A stretch of DNA of 64,000 nt from Macrostomum hystrix. Its lineage: Eukaryota; Animalia; Platyhelminthes. The stretch spans positions 1,488,001 to 1,552,000 of the forward strand of contig CATNEN010000003.1 in assembly GCA_950097015.1 (NCBI GenBank), in the 5' to 3' direction. The notes under the pieces are model-generated. The model did not search any database and was not told where the DNA came from. It saw nothing but the letters and a program-made list of their open reading frames with translations. Made by a program: the position numbers and the translations under genes. Shown here piece after piece: positions 27,601 to 38,603 of the stretch (position 1 is the stretch's first letter; each line of letters opens with the position of its first letter).

Positions 27601-30600
27601 CTTAGTTTTCAGTAAAAAATATCAATTCTCATATCTTATAATCTGATCCGCTTGAGCCTTAAAATCTCACTTGAAAGGGTCTCAAAATCTACTAATTTTT
27701 CTCCAAAAAATCAATACAACCTATTAACTTACCGGCGTGGCAGGCTTAGCAACGCTGGCAACCTCGGACGGTGCCAGATCAAACGGTGACAGGCCCATCC
27801 TCTGGCAGATGTCGTTGCAGACATGCGACTGAAAGAACAGGGCCATGCCGCGCACGCCAAGATTGCCGTCGCCGAATTCAGTGCCAGCGGCCGTGTGAAT
27901 CTGCGGATCCGTGTAGATGTCGTCAACGCCCTGAATGTCCACCACAATGAGCTGGTGCCCGCTGCGCTCGAATGTGAAATGACTCAAAGCGTGCGGAGTC
28001 TGCCTGAGCTTCTCGTCTACGAAGCCGCTATTGCTGTTGTACTTGACGTAGTCGCCTTCGATGTAGTGCTCGAGGTGGAACATTGGAGCGTCGGGACGAT
28101 TAACGAACTCAATAACTGACATCTGCATGATGTCCACCTGGGTTGTTGGGTTGGGTTCAGTTTTAGTTGGGCCACGAAACTTACTTAAGGGTAGTAAACT
28201 AATGGTCACACTTGACACACTTTTCACATAAACCAGCTAAGATAATACTGGGGTCACGTGACCCGCTACGATAATCCTAGGGTCACGTAGGGTTACAAAA
28301 CTAGGCGTTACGTGACCCACTAAACTACAAACCTAGGCGTCACGTGACGCCCTAAACTACAAACCTAGGGGTCAATCACAAACCTAAGGGTCACATGACA
28401 CCTTAAACTACAAACCTAAGGGTCAAATGACGCCCTAAACTACCAACCTAAGAGTCACGTGACGCCCTAAACTACAAACCTAAGGGTCATGTGACGCCCT
28501 AAACTACAAACCTAAGTGTCACGTGACGCCCTAAACTACAAACCTAAGTGTCACGTGACGCCCTAAACTACAAACCTAAGAGTCTTGTGACGCCCTTAAC
28601 TACAAACCTAAGTGTCACGTGAAGACCTTAACTACAAACCTAGGGTCACTTGACGCCCTTAACTACAAACCTAAGTGTCACGTGAAGACCTTAACTACAA
28701 ACCTAGGGTCACTTGACGCCCTTAACTACAAACCTAGGGTCACTTGACGCCCTTTAACTACAAACCTAGGGTCACGTGACGCCCTAAACTACAAACCTAA
28801 GAGTCAAATTTACCTTCTTAGGCGGCTGGTGCCTGTTGTACTCCTGAGCCCAGAGTTTCGCATTCATCTGCAGCCTGACGTCCTCAAAATAGACGCTATT
28901 GTCAACATCCTCTATGTACTTTTTAGCCACATAGTTGCAGGCGGAAGTGGCCCAATTTTCTAGTCGACTAAAAGCAGGCAATTTCTTCAAGCGGAAGCAC
29001 TGCCGCATTGCGCCCTGGTCGAAGGCCTCGGACTCGATGCGCACCTGAATGCGATCCTGAACCCACTGGCGCCTGTGCGGATTGTACTGGTGCCGGACTG
29101 CTTCCTCGATTGGCGCCGACAGAACCGGACGATCGCGCCACGGGTCCTTCAGCAGGCTGCGCGAAGCCAATTGGAGCGCTTTGGGCCAGCGGGAGTTGGG
29201 ACTGAGGCCCTGCACAATTGGTTGCCATGCGGACCGGATAATTTAGGAATTTATTTGCAATTATGAATTAGGAAACATTTCAGTCTGTCTGAATCTCACT
29301 TTTCAGTGTCTTAAAGTCTCACTCTTCAGTGTCTTAAAGTCTCACTCTTCAGTATCTCAAAGTCTCACTCTTCAGTATCTCAAAGTCTCACTCTTCAGTA
29401 TCTCAAAGTCTCACTCTTCAGTACGTCGTACCTCAAAGTCTCACTCTTCAGTATCTCAAAGTCTCACTCTTCAGTGTCTTAAAGTCTCACTCTTCAGTGT
29501 CTTAAAGTCTCACTCTTCAGTGTCTTAAAGTCTCACTCTTCAGTATCTCAAAGTCTAACTCTTCAGTACCTCAAAGTCTCACTCTTCAGTATCTCAGAGT
29601 CTCAATTTTCAGTATCTCAGAGTCTCACTCTTCAGTAAGTCAGAGTCTCAATTTTCAGTATCTCAGAGTCTCACTCTTCAGCATCTCAGAGTCTCAATTT
29701 TCAGCATCTCAGAGTCTCAATTTTCAGTATCTCAGAGTCTCAATTTTCAGTATCTCAAAGTCTCAATTTTCAGTATCTCAGAGTCTCAATTTTCAGTATC
29801 TCAGAGTCTCAATTTTCAGTATCTCAGAGTCTCAATTTTCAGTATCTCAGAGTCTCAATTTTCAGTATCTCAGAGTGTCAATTTTCAGTATCTCAGAGTC
29901 TCAATTTTCAGTATCTCAGAGTCTCAATTTTCAGTATCTCAGAGTGTCAATTTTCAGTATCTCAGAGTCTCAATTTTCAGTATCTCAGAGTCTCAATTTT
30001 CAGTATCTCAAAGTCTCACTATTCAGTACATCATTCATTCAGTAAATCTAAATCCCACTCTTCAGTGCCTCAAAGTTTCAATCCCATTTCAAAATCTCAC
30101 TGTTCGGTCTCTTAAAATCTCACCCTTCCGTATCTGAAAATCTCTTTCTTCTTCAGACTTGGAGCACAGAAACTTTAGTACTCACTTTAGTGGAGAAAAT
30201 AAAGTAGGGAAAAATAAGAAAATTCTCTCAGCCAACACGCACCGCCTGAGAAGTCGACTGAGTCCTGCCTCGTCGGCCAACGGCGATTGCCGCAGTCGCC
30301 GCGCCGGCGTTACCTTCGCCGATGGCCGAGTCGACGCTGTCGGCTTCCATCGCCGAGGGAGGCTCCGACAGGGTGCGCATCCGGCCGCGTCGACGAGAAC
30401 TGGGAAATTCGGCGCTTTCCGGTTGAATCTGAAAATATAATTAGCTATGAGTGACAATACTCGGCAGGGCCTAGTTCAGCCAGATGTGCAGCTGACAGTC
30501 CATGGACTGGGGGTAGCCAGGACAGACCCACCCTCAATTTACCCAAGCTAATACTGGCACCCATTTAACAGCTGGGTGAGCTGATGCAATCCATAGTTAG

Positions 30601-31381
30601 CGAAAGGACACAAATATTTCTGACAGTTTGGTCGGGAGTCGCCCCTGAGGGCCAACCTCCAAGGCTCAGTAAAGAGTGTACACTGCCTGACAATGAGAAA
30701 GTCAGGGCAGATGTACATACTTGAGTGAGCGTTCGGTATCTGTGTGCGTGTGTGCTCAGGAGTCAGCGAAATGGGCAGAATTGTCTCCTCGCTGGCTACG
30801 GGTCTAGTGTCACCAAATGATGTGCCACTGCCCGCAGCCCTCCTGCAATTATTAGTATTATTACTAGGCAACCAGGCCTAGCTGATAGGTCCAGCCTAAT
30901 AAATAATCAATTCGTAAATCACCTCAGGCGAAGTGACAGATCCAATGCCGGAATCCTCCTCGTGAATGGTTGGAGTATCGTGCATAGCCCAAGACGCGTC
31001 CTTAGTTAGTACTACAGGCATGGCAACTGATGCAGAATTGTTATTATTATTAGACAATGATGCCAGATCTCCGCTTTTAGCCACACCGACAGGCAGTCCG
31101 ATTGGCCTACTGTACAGATTCAAGCGCCGACGCTGTTGAAGTGTCAGTCGCCGAGGCTCCGGACGGTTTGAAACGCCGGCGTCTGACGAGGCAAACGAAT
31201 TTGTAGCTTCGTCGTCGGCGTCGCAGCAGAGATCCTCGACAGAGACTTCGCAGCCGAGCTCCGGCATTGAAGCGTCGTCATCTTCGTCCTCCTCTTCATC
31301 CTCCTCGTCATCGTCGCAGATTTGATAATCTCCGCTGAGTCGGTCGGCCACTTCGAGTTCAAAGATTTCCAATGAGGACAT
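24292..31381 (-). CDS. EEF2K: Eukaryotic elongation factor 2 kinase (alpha-kinase), complete, 7 coding exons, 812 aa
   Basis: Exons 31381-30923, 30428-30243, 29209-28814, 28137-27733, 27114-26941, 26211-25801, 24699-24292; all GT-AG and in frame. Motifs: N-terminal IFELE, CaM-region W...DPW, GAMRQCFR, YVAKKY, KYNSNSG, VVDIQG, YTDPQIH, GDGNLG, Zn-binding H.CN.IC, C-terminal SEL1-like helices ending GKLAAKYYALAEE. Confidence 0.95.
24860..25780. repeat. 20-bp minisatellite in eEF2K intron 6
   Basis: GTCATAAAGAATCAGGAGAG; perfect at ~25540-25770, degenerate leftwards. Confidence 0.95.
25801..26211 (-). CDS. EEF2K: eEF2K coding exon 6
   Basis: TTCTTCAG|GAG...CAG|GTGAGC; RPSCV, ILGRVHHELARLHESGRF, DWSAALYH. 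Confidence 0.93.
26280..26917. repeat. Purine-rich ~20-bp minisatellite in eEF2K intron 5
   Basis: GGAGAGGGAGAGGGAAGATA units. Confidence 0.95.
26941..27114 (-). CDS. EEF2K: eEF2K coding exon 5 (regulatory loop)
   Basis: GCTAAT branch-like site, CTCTCCACAG|ACC...CCC|GTGAGT; 58 codons including DSGCST and RRRRNTS. Confidence 0.85.
27180..27560. repeat. 23-bp minisatellite in eEF2K intron 4
   Basis: CTCAAAATCTCACTCTTTAGTAT, period 23 (27241 to 27264). Confidence 0.9.
27733..28137 (-). CDS. EEF2K: eEF2K coding exon 4 (kinase C-lobe)
   Basis: CCCAG|GTG...CCG|GTAAGT; VDIMQM...KYNSNSGFV...DIQGV...DPQIH...GNLG. Confidence 0.96.
28250..28806. repeat. 32-bp minisatellite in eEF2K intron 3 containing GTCACGTGAC palindromes
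   Basis: GTCACGTGACGCCCTAAACTACAAACCTAAGT, period 32 (28501 to 28533). Confidence 0.93.
28814..29209 (-). CDS. EEF2K: eEF2K coding exon 3 (CaM-binding region and kinase N-lobe)
   Basis: TGTGCAG|GGC...AAG|GTAAAT; GAMRQCFRLKK, YVAKKY, YFEDVRLQM. Confidence 0.95.
29290..30135. repeat. 23-bp minisatellite in eEF2K intron 2 (same family as intron 4)
   Basis: CTCACTCTTCAGTATCTCAAAGT grading into CTCAATTTTCAGTATCTCAGAGT. Confidence 0.94.
30243..30428 (-). CDS. EEF2K: eEF2K coding exon 2
   Basis: TTTTCAG|ATT...GCG|GTGCGT; 62 open codons (IQPESAEF...RRGRMRTLSE...TQSTSQA), phase 0 both ends, GC-rich. Confidence 0.8.
30455..30645 (-). mobile_element. Degenerate SINE-like copy in eEF2K intron 1
   Basis: Minus strand TTTGTGTCCTTT...ACCCAGCTGTTAAATGGGTGCCAG...GCTGCACATCTGGC matches 55015-55260 (+) CTTGTGTCATTT...ACCAAGCTGTTAAATAGGTACCAG...GCTACACATCTGGC. 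Confidence 0.6.
30923..31381 (-). CDS. EEF2K: eEF2K coding exon 1 (acidic N-terminus)
   Basis: ACA-ATG start with an in-frame stop upstream; MSSLEIFELE; donor GAG|GTGATT; 153 codons. Confidence 0.85.
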
Positions 31382-31939
31382 TGTTCTACTAACTTGACTA
31401 CTGACGAATCGCTGGCTAGTAGTAACTGCAGAGTATTCAAAGCGAATAGTAGTAGATTTCGTTTATAATTGTTGCTGCTTTTACGATTTCTTTGACCGAT
31501 TTGGCGGCTCAAAGGCATAGGTAGGGCGACTGCTGTTTAACAAGCGAACTTCTGGTCCTGAAAGTTTGTCAATTAAAACATTTTTGTTTAAACTTCACGT
31601 TCATAAAAACAATCAATAGGGTGTAAAAAATACCCCCGAATCACAAATAGTTAAAATTTAAAATAATTAAAGACACGCTATTTAAAATGCTTGCAAGAAA
31701 TTTATGGTTGTAAAAATGTTTATTTTTTAACTTAGATTAATGACCTTAGTTTCATGTAATTCGTAAACACTACCACCAAAAGTGCATTGTCTTACCTATA
31801 CATCAGGTAAACCTGAAATTAAATACGAGAAACTTCAAGATATCTAACAATACGAAAATTTTGTTTTACAAAATTTCATAACAGCATGCGTTGAAAAATA
31901 CCTGATGGAAATCAAAAAGGCAGACATGCAGATTGAGTC

Positions 31940-32420
31940 ACTAGGTCAGGTGAGAAGCAGACAGGGAGATTCAGTGGATCAGGTGAGAGGTAGACAGGGG
32001 AGATTCAGTACATCATGTGAGAGGTAGAAAAGGAGATTCAGCAGCTCAGGTGAGAGGTAGACAGGGAGATTCAGCAGATCAGGTGAGGGATAGACAGGGG
32101 AGACTCAGTACATCAGGTGAGAGGTAGACAAGGAGATTCAGCAGCTCAGGTGAGAAGTAGACAGCGAGATTCAGCAGATCAAATGAGAGGTAGACAAGGA
32201 GATTCAGCAGATCAAATGAGAGGTAGACAGGGAGATTCAGTAGATCAAATGAGAGGTAGACAGGGAGGGAGATTCAGTAGATCAAGTGAGAGGTAGACAA
32301 GGAGATTCAGCAGCTCAGGTGAGAGGTAGACACGGAGATTCAGTAGATCAAATGAAAGGTAGACAGGGGAGATTCAGCAGCTCAGGTGAGAGGTAGACAC
32401 GGAGATTCAGTAGATCATAT
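31940..32420. repeat. Degenerate ~33-bp minisatellite (probable eEF2K 5'-UTR intron)
   Basis: GATTCAGCAGATCAGGTGAGAGGTAGACAGGGA-like units. Confidence 0.88.
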
Positions 32421-33268
32421 AAGAAGTAGACAATGAGATTATCAAGAGCCGTAATGAAGCTGTCATAGGGGAACAACAACAATGAGAGAAGGTTAGACAA
32501 CAAAGATTTTAGTTAAAATTACTTTAACAATCCTAATTGCATCACAGAACAAGGCCCTGGATTTCCAGGTAAGTGCGCAGTTAAAAACAACAATTTGTAC
32601 AGGAATTAAATAATCTACGATTACTCTAAGAGATTTCCTATTTCTGAGAAATTTGCGACCTAGCAAAGGGGGTGGGTGAACCCTGGAGATTTCGTTTCGA
32701 TAGCGACTTCAACAAAAATTCTCAACCCTGCAAGTCACGTTCCCAAATGTCGAAAACACACGAGCTCACCGCCCCCAATCCCATGAGACTCACTTCCCCT
32801 GATCGGGGCACGCTGCAGTCTCGTGAAACGATTCCTATTGGTCCAGAGATTGAGTGGAAGCGATTCGCCCTAGTGATGGAACATTCTAGAAATTTCTAAG
32901 AAAACCAGTAGACTTGCTATTAGCGAGCAGAAATTTCGAGAAAAAAAACTTTTTGCGCTATTCGGCTTGTAAAATTTATGTTCTGCTGTCAACTGATAAG
33001 AAAATAGATTAACGAAAGATCAAAATTAACGTTCTAAATTGCTAGTAAAAGTAACTAAAAATCTAACATGCTATCTAACACATAGTTCTAACATGCTATC
33101 CAACCCATTAGTTCTAACATGTCTAACATGCTATCTAACCCATGGTTCTAGCTGTCTAACACTTTTTAGACACCTGTTCTAACATTTACTAGTTAATTAT
33201 TTACAACTCTACAGTATTTGCAAACAAAAAGTAGCAATGATATACAACTCAGTTTCTCCAAGACTCAC

Positions 33269-33487
33269 CAGAAGAATCGAGGACACAAGCAGATCGTCCA
33301 CAATTCGATGTTGTTTTCTAACACTCGATTGCAGTCAAGAAGTCTTCTTTCAGTTGCAAATAGCAATAGAAGTACTTCCTGGCTATTTTCTGTTGCTTTT
33401 GCTTTTTTGAAGAGACAATTTCTTTTTGTTGTAAATCGTCAATCGATGCGTCTAGATTCTAGATTGAAGTAATCAGATGCTTCACAG
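33269..33487 (-). other. Putative non-coding 5'-UTR exon of eEF2K
   Basis: Acceptor CCCCTTTCAG| before 33487, donor TG|GTGAGT after 33269, and a further upstream donor TTG|GTGAGT after 34373. No transcript evidence. Confidence 0.4.
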
Positions 33488-33564
33488 CTGAAAGGGGAAG
33501 TAAAGCCAATTAGAAATTTCTAGAAGAGAATGTAGAAGAAATTCTCTATAGCCATCATTCTCTA

Positions 33565-33812
33565 TGGCTATTTATATATATAGCTATAAAAGCCTAATGA
33601 ATAGACAGAGGGGGAATGAATGTACGTACGGAAAAACGAAAAAGCGCTCCTATTGGCTGGAGAAAATATGGCCGGTCTATGTGAGGGTGAGGGTGGGGTG
33701 AGGGAAAGGACGGCAAAGGCCCGAAGAAGAAAGCAGACAGAAAAATGACCTTGGGGTTGGGGGAGCTGTGCTTGGCTAAGAACGAGACCAGGGCCAGAAT
33801 TGGCCACGTGGT
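33565..33812 (-). promoter_or_regulatory. Candidate eEF2K promoter (E-box, CCAAT, TATA-like)
   Basis: On the minus strand: CACGTG 33805-33810, CCAAT ~33653-33657, TATATATAAATA ~33569-33580, upstream of the putative UTR exon. Confidence 0.3.
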
Positions 33813-34683
33813 TCTTTTCTGTCTACGCTTTTAAAAGAGCGCGCATACGGCCAGGCAGGCAGCATAGATATTAAAAGTACACAGACAGAACCCTACAGGA
33901 CTGATTCCGAACTGTACAAAAAAATCTTTCGATTCTAGGATCACTTTGTAAACAGGTTGAAAACGGGAACACATGAGAATTCCGTGCTCCTGCTTAGTTT
34001 TGTTTTCAATTATGTCCCACTTTAGTCTTCTAGTATCTACCCCGTCTCCTTTCTCCAGTGGATTCATCTCTGTTCCCCGAGTCTCGCCTCTCTCCTCTCA
34101 TTCCGTGTCTCATCTCTTCTCGTCGTCTCCTTTGTCTAATACCCATTTTCCTATGTCTTATCTCCAAAGTGACCCATCTCTCCTCTGACCCGCGTCTTAT
34201 CTTTTCTGACCAACTGAGAGAGAGAGAGATAAGGTCACAATCGCGCCACAAAAACTGCGCGTCAGTTCGTGCGCAAAATGCATCACATGACACTGAGTTT
34301 GAACAGCTTGCACTTTACTGGCATTTGTACTTTGCTATTCTTAAAACTTCATAGTTAATCAATTATACTCACCAATCTAACCCAAAGCCGCATTGAAATG
34401 AAGCCACAGCCACAGTCACGAGCTGACAGATAAAAGAACTAATTAAATTGTTAATTTACTGTTTACTGATATTCTATATAGAGGCTCATTACCATACCAG
34501 GCCCATAAGGTGCGTGCACGACTAGCTGGCGTGAGTGAGAAAGTCCATTGAATAGGACAACCAGTTCTGGGGTATAAGCATAAGGTTATGAGTAAACAAG
34601 ATAATATTATAAGTAAGATTACGACGACATGTTAAACTTACGGCAGATAAAAAATAGTATTTCTGCTTGTAAGATAAACGGCA

Positions 34684-36487
34684 GAGAGAGAGTAGAGAGA
34701 GAGAAGAGAGTAGAGAAACTAAGAGAGAGAGAGTAGAGAAACTAGTAGAGAGAGTAGAGAAACTAGTAGAGAGAGTAGAGAAACTAGTTAAGAGAGTAGA
34801 TAAACTAGTCGAGAGAGTAGAGAAACTAGTGGAAAGAGTAGAGAAACTAAGAGAGTAAAGAAACTAGTAGAGAGAGTAGAGAAACTAATTGAGAGAGTAG
34901 AGAAACTAGTTGAGAGAGTAGATAAACTAGTCGAGAGAGTAGAGAAACTAGTGGAAAGAGTAGAGAAACTAAGAGAGTAAAGAAACTAGTAGAGAGAGTA
35001 GAGAAACTAGGAGAGAGAGAGAGTAGAGAAACTAGTAGAGAGAGTAGAGAAACTAGGAGAGAGAGTAGAGAAACTAGTTGAGAGAGTAGAGAAACTAGTG
35101 GAAAGAGTAGAGAAACTAAGAGAGTAAAGAAACTAGGAGAGAGAGTAGAGAAACTAGGAGAGAGAGAGTAGAGAAACTAGGAGAGAGAGTAGAGAAACTA
35201 GGAGAGAGAGTAGAGAAACTAGTTGAGAGAGTAGAGAAACTAGTGAAAAGAGTAGAGAAACTAAGAGAGTAAAGAAACTAGTGGAAAGAGTAGAGAAACT
35301 AGTAGAGAGAGTAGAGAAACTAGGAGAGAGAGAGTAGAGAAACTAGGAGAGAGAGTAGAGAAACTAGGAGAGAGAATACAGAAACTAAGAGAGAGAGTAG
35401 AGAAACGGTAAAGAGAGAGTAGAGAAACGGTAGATAGAGAGTAGAGAAACGGTAGAGAGAGTAGAGAAACTTGTAGAGAGAGTACAGAAACGGTAGAGAG
35501 AGTATAGAAAGTTGTAGAGAGAGTAGAGAAACGGTAGAGAGAGTATAGAAACGGTAGAGAGAGAGTAGAGAAACTGGGAGAGGGAGTATAGAAACGGTAG
35601 AGAGAGTATAGAAACGGTAGAGAGAGTATAGAAACGGTAGAGAGAGTATAGAAACGGTAGAGAGAGTATAGAAACGGTAGAGAGAGAGTAGAGAAACTGG
35701 GAGAGGGAGTAGAGAAGCTAAGAGAGAGAGTAGAGAAACAGTAGAGAGAGAGCAGAGCAGAGAAACGGTAGAGAGAGAGCAGAGAAACGGTAGAGAGAGA
35801 GTATAGAAACGGTAGAGAGAGTATAGAAACGGTAGAGAGAGAGCAGAGAAACGGTAGAGAGAGAGTATAGAAACGGTAGAGAGAGTATAGAAACGGTAGA
35901 GAGAGAGTAGAGAAACTGGGAGAGGGAGTAGAGAAGCTAAGAGAGAGAGTAGAGAAACAGTAGAGAGAGAGCAGAGCAGAGAAACGGTAGAGAGAGAGCA
36001 GAGAAACGGTAGAGAGAGAGTATAGAAACGGTAGAGAGAGTATAGAAACGGTAGAGAGAGAGTAGAGAAACTGGGAGAGGGAGTAGAGAAGCTAAGAGAG
36101 AGAGTAGAGAAACAGTAGAGAGAGAGCAGAGCAGAGAAACGGTAGAGAGAGAGCAGAGAAACGGTAGAGAGAGAGTATAGAAACGGTAGAGAGAGTATAG
36201 AAACGGTAGAGAGAGAGCAGAGAAACGGTAGAGAGAGAGTATAGAAACGGTAGAGAGAGTATAGAAACGGTAGAGAGAGAGTAGAGAAACTGGGAGAGGG
36301 AGTAGAGAAGCTAAGAGAGAGAGTAGAGAAACAGTAGAGAGAGAGCAGAGCAGAGAAACGGTAGAGAGAGAGCAGAGAAACGGTAGAGAGAGAGTATAGA
36401 AACGGTAGAGAGAGTATAGAAACGGTAGAGAGAGAGTAGAGAAACTGGGAGAGGGAGTAGAGAAGCTAAGAGAGAGAGTAGAGAAAA
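34684..36487. repeat. AG-rich ~19-21-bp minisatellite with a 374-bp higher-order unit
   Basis: GAGAGAGTAGAGAAACTA to GAGAGAGTATAGAAACGGTA; marker CTGGGAGAGGG at 35697, 35916, 36071, 36290, 36445. Confidence 0.96.
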
Positions 36488-37192
36488 GGGGAAAAGAACA
36501 CAATGAGAAGGAAGCTCCAAAATAGACAAGGAACAGAGAAATAATTAGTAGAATAGAAAAGGTAAGGAAGGCGGCCACAAAAAACACGCCCAATCACGCT
36601 GAAGTAGAAAAGAATTCTGTAAAAAAAACTACTCTAAACCTTTGAACTGGCAAATAAAACTCTATACTCTCAACGAACAATTGGACGCAGTTAAATCTAG
36701 GGTCTAGGCACACACAGCCCTGGTCAATGACAATTCGCTGAGACTGGTTATAACCGGAATTATTCTATTACGAACAAGCCCTAGAGTTCCTCTGTCTTGT
36801 CTAACCCGAAACTGTTTCTCTTTCCATAGAGAACAGAAAATGTTAGCCAGAGAGTAGGAAGAAGAGAAATGAGCATATAAAAGCAGGCTTCAACAAATAG
36901 TGCAACGGGGAAAGTAAACCTAAAAATATACATATATATAATGTTTCATTTTACATTACTGTTAAAATTGAATTTTCCTAACCGCTACAGAATGAGTCAA
37001 TAGTCGAAAATGTACTTCTAAAAGGGGACAGAGCAAGGTTTTTGAGTCATATGACTGTAGCCTAAACTAAACTGCTCAAATACAAGTGTAATATCGTGAA
37101 GCTGACGAAATAGGGCGTGACAGAGTTCACTGACTAAATATTTGTCAGTGCGACTTCGTTTTAAGCTTCTAGCAAACCAATAATGACTACCT

Positions 37193-38603
37193 GTGAATGA
37201 TTCCACATGGAAATTGAATGACCTGACTAATTCCACATGGAAACTGAATGACCTGACTAATTCCATATGGAAACTGAATGACCTGACTAATTCCACATGG
37301 AAACTGAATGACCTGACTAATTCCACATGGAAACTGAATGACCTGACTAATTCCACATGGAAACTGAATGACCTGACTAATTCCACATGGAAACTGAATG
37401 ACCTGACTAATTCCACATGGAAACTGAATGACCTGACTAATTCCATATGGAAACTGAATGACCTGACTAATTCCACATGGAAACTGAATGACCTGACTAA
37501 TTCCACATGGAAACTGAATGACCTGACTAATTCCACATGGAAACTGAATGACCTGAATGATTCCACGTAGAAACTGAATGACCTGAATGATTCCACGTAG
37601 AAACTGAATGACCTGAATGATTCCACGTAGAAACTGAATGACCTGACTAATTCCACATGGAAACTGAATGACCTGACTAATTCCACGTAGAAACTGAATG
37701 ACCTGAATGATTCCACGTAGAAACTGAATGACCTGAATGATTCCACGTAGAAACTGAATGACCTGACTAATTCCACATGGAAACTGAATGACCTGACTAA
37801 TTCCACATGGAAACTGAATGACCTGAATGATTCCACATGGAAACTGAATGACCTGAATGATTCCACGTAGAAACTGAATGACCTGAATGATTCCACGTAG
37901 AAACTGAATGACCTGAATGATTCCACGTAGAAACTGAATGACCTGACTAATTCCACATGGAAACTGAATGATCTGACTAATTCCACATGGAAACTGAATG
38001 ACCTGAATGATTCCACATGGAAACTGAATGACCTGAATGATTCCACGTAAAAACTGAATGACCTGACTAATTCCACATGGAAACTGAATGACCTTAATAA
38101 ATCCACATAGAAACTGAATGACCTTAATAAATCCACATGGAAACTGAATGACCTGAATGATTCCACATGGAAACTGAATGACCTGACTAATTCCACATGG
38201 AAACTGAATGACCTTAATAAATCCACATGGAAACTGAATGACCTTAATAAATCCACATGGAAACTGAATGACCTTAATAAATCCACATGGAAACTGAATG
38301 ACCTTAATAAATCCACATGGAAACTGAATGACCTGACTGATTCACATGGAAACTGAATGACCTGAATGATTCCACATCGAAACTGAATGACCTGACTGAT
38401 TCCACATGGAAACTGAATGACCTGAATGAAACCACATCGAAACTGAATGACCTGAATGATTCCACATCGAAACTGAATGACCTGAATGATTCCACATCGA
38501 AACTGAATGACCTGACTAATTCCACATGGAAACTGAATGACCTGACTGATTCCACATGGAAACTGAATGACCTTAATTGATTCCACGTAGAAACTGAATG
38601 ACA
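37193..38603. repeat. 30-bp minisatellite, ~47 copies, between EXOC5 and eEF2K
   Basis: TTCCACATGGAAACTGAATGACCTGACTAA, period 30. Confidence 0.98.

Noticed and set aside
28300-28800. Interstitial telomeric repeat (CCCTAA)
   Set aside because: Only a single CCCTAA per 32-bp unit, not tandem telomeric repeats.
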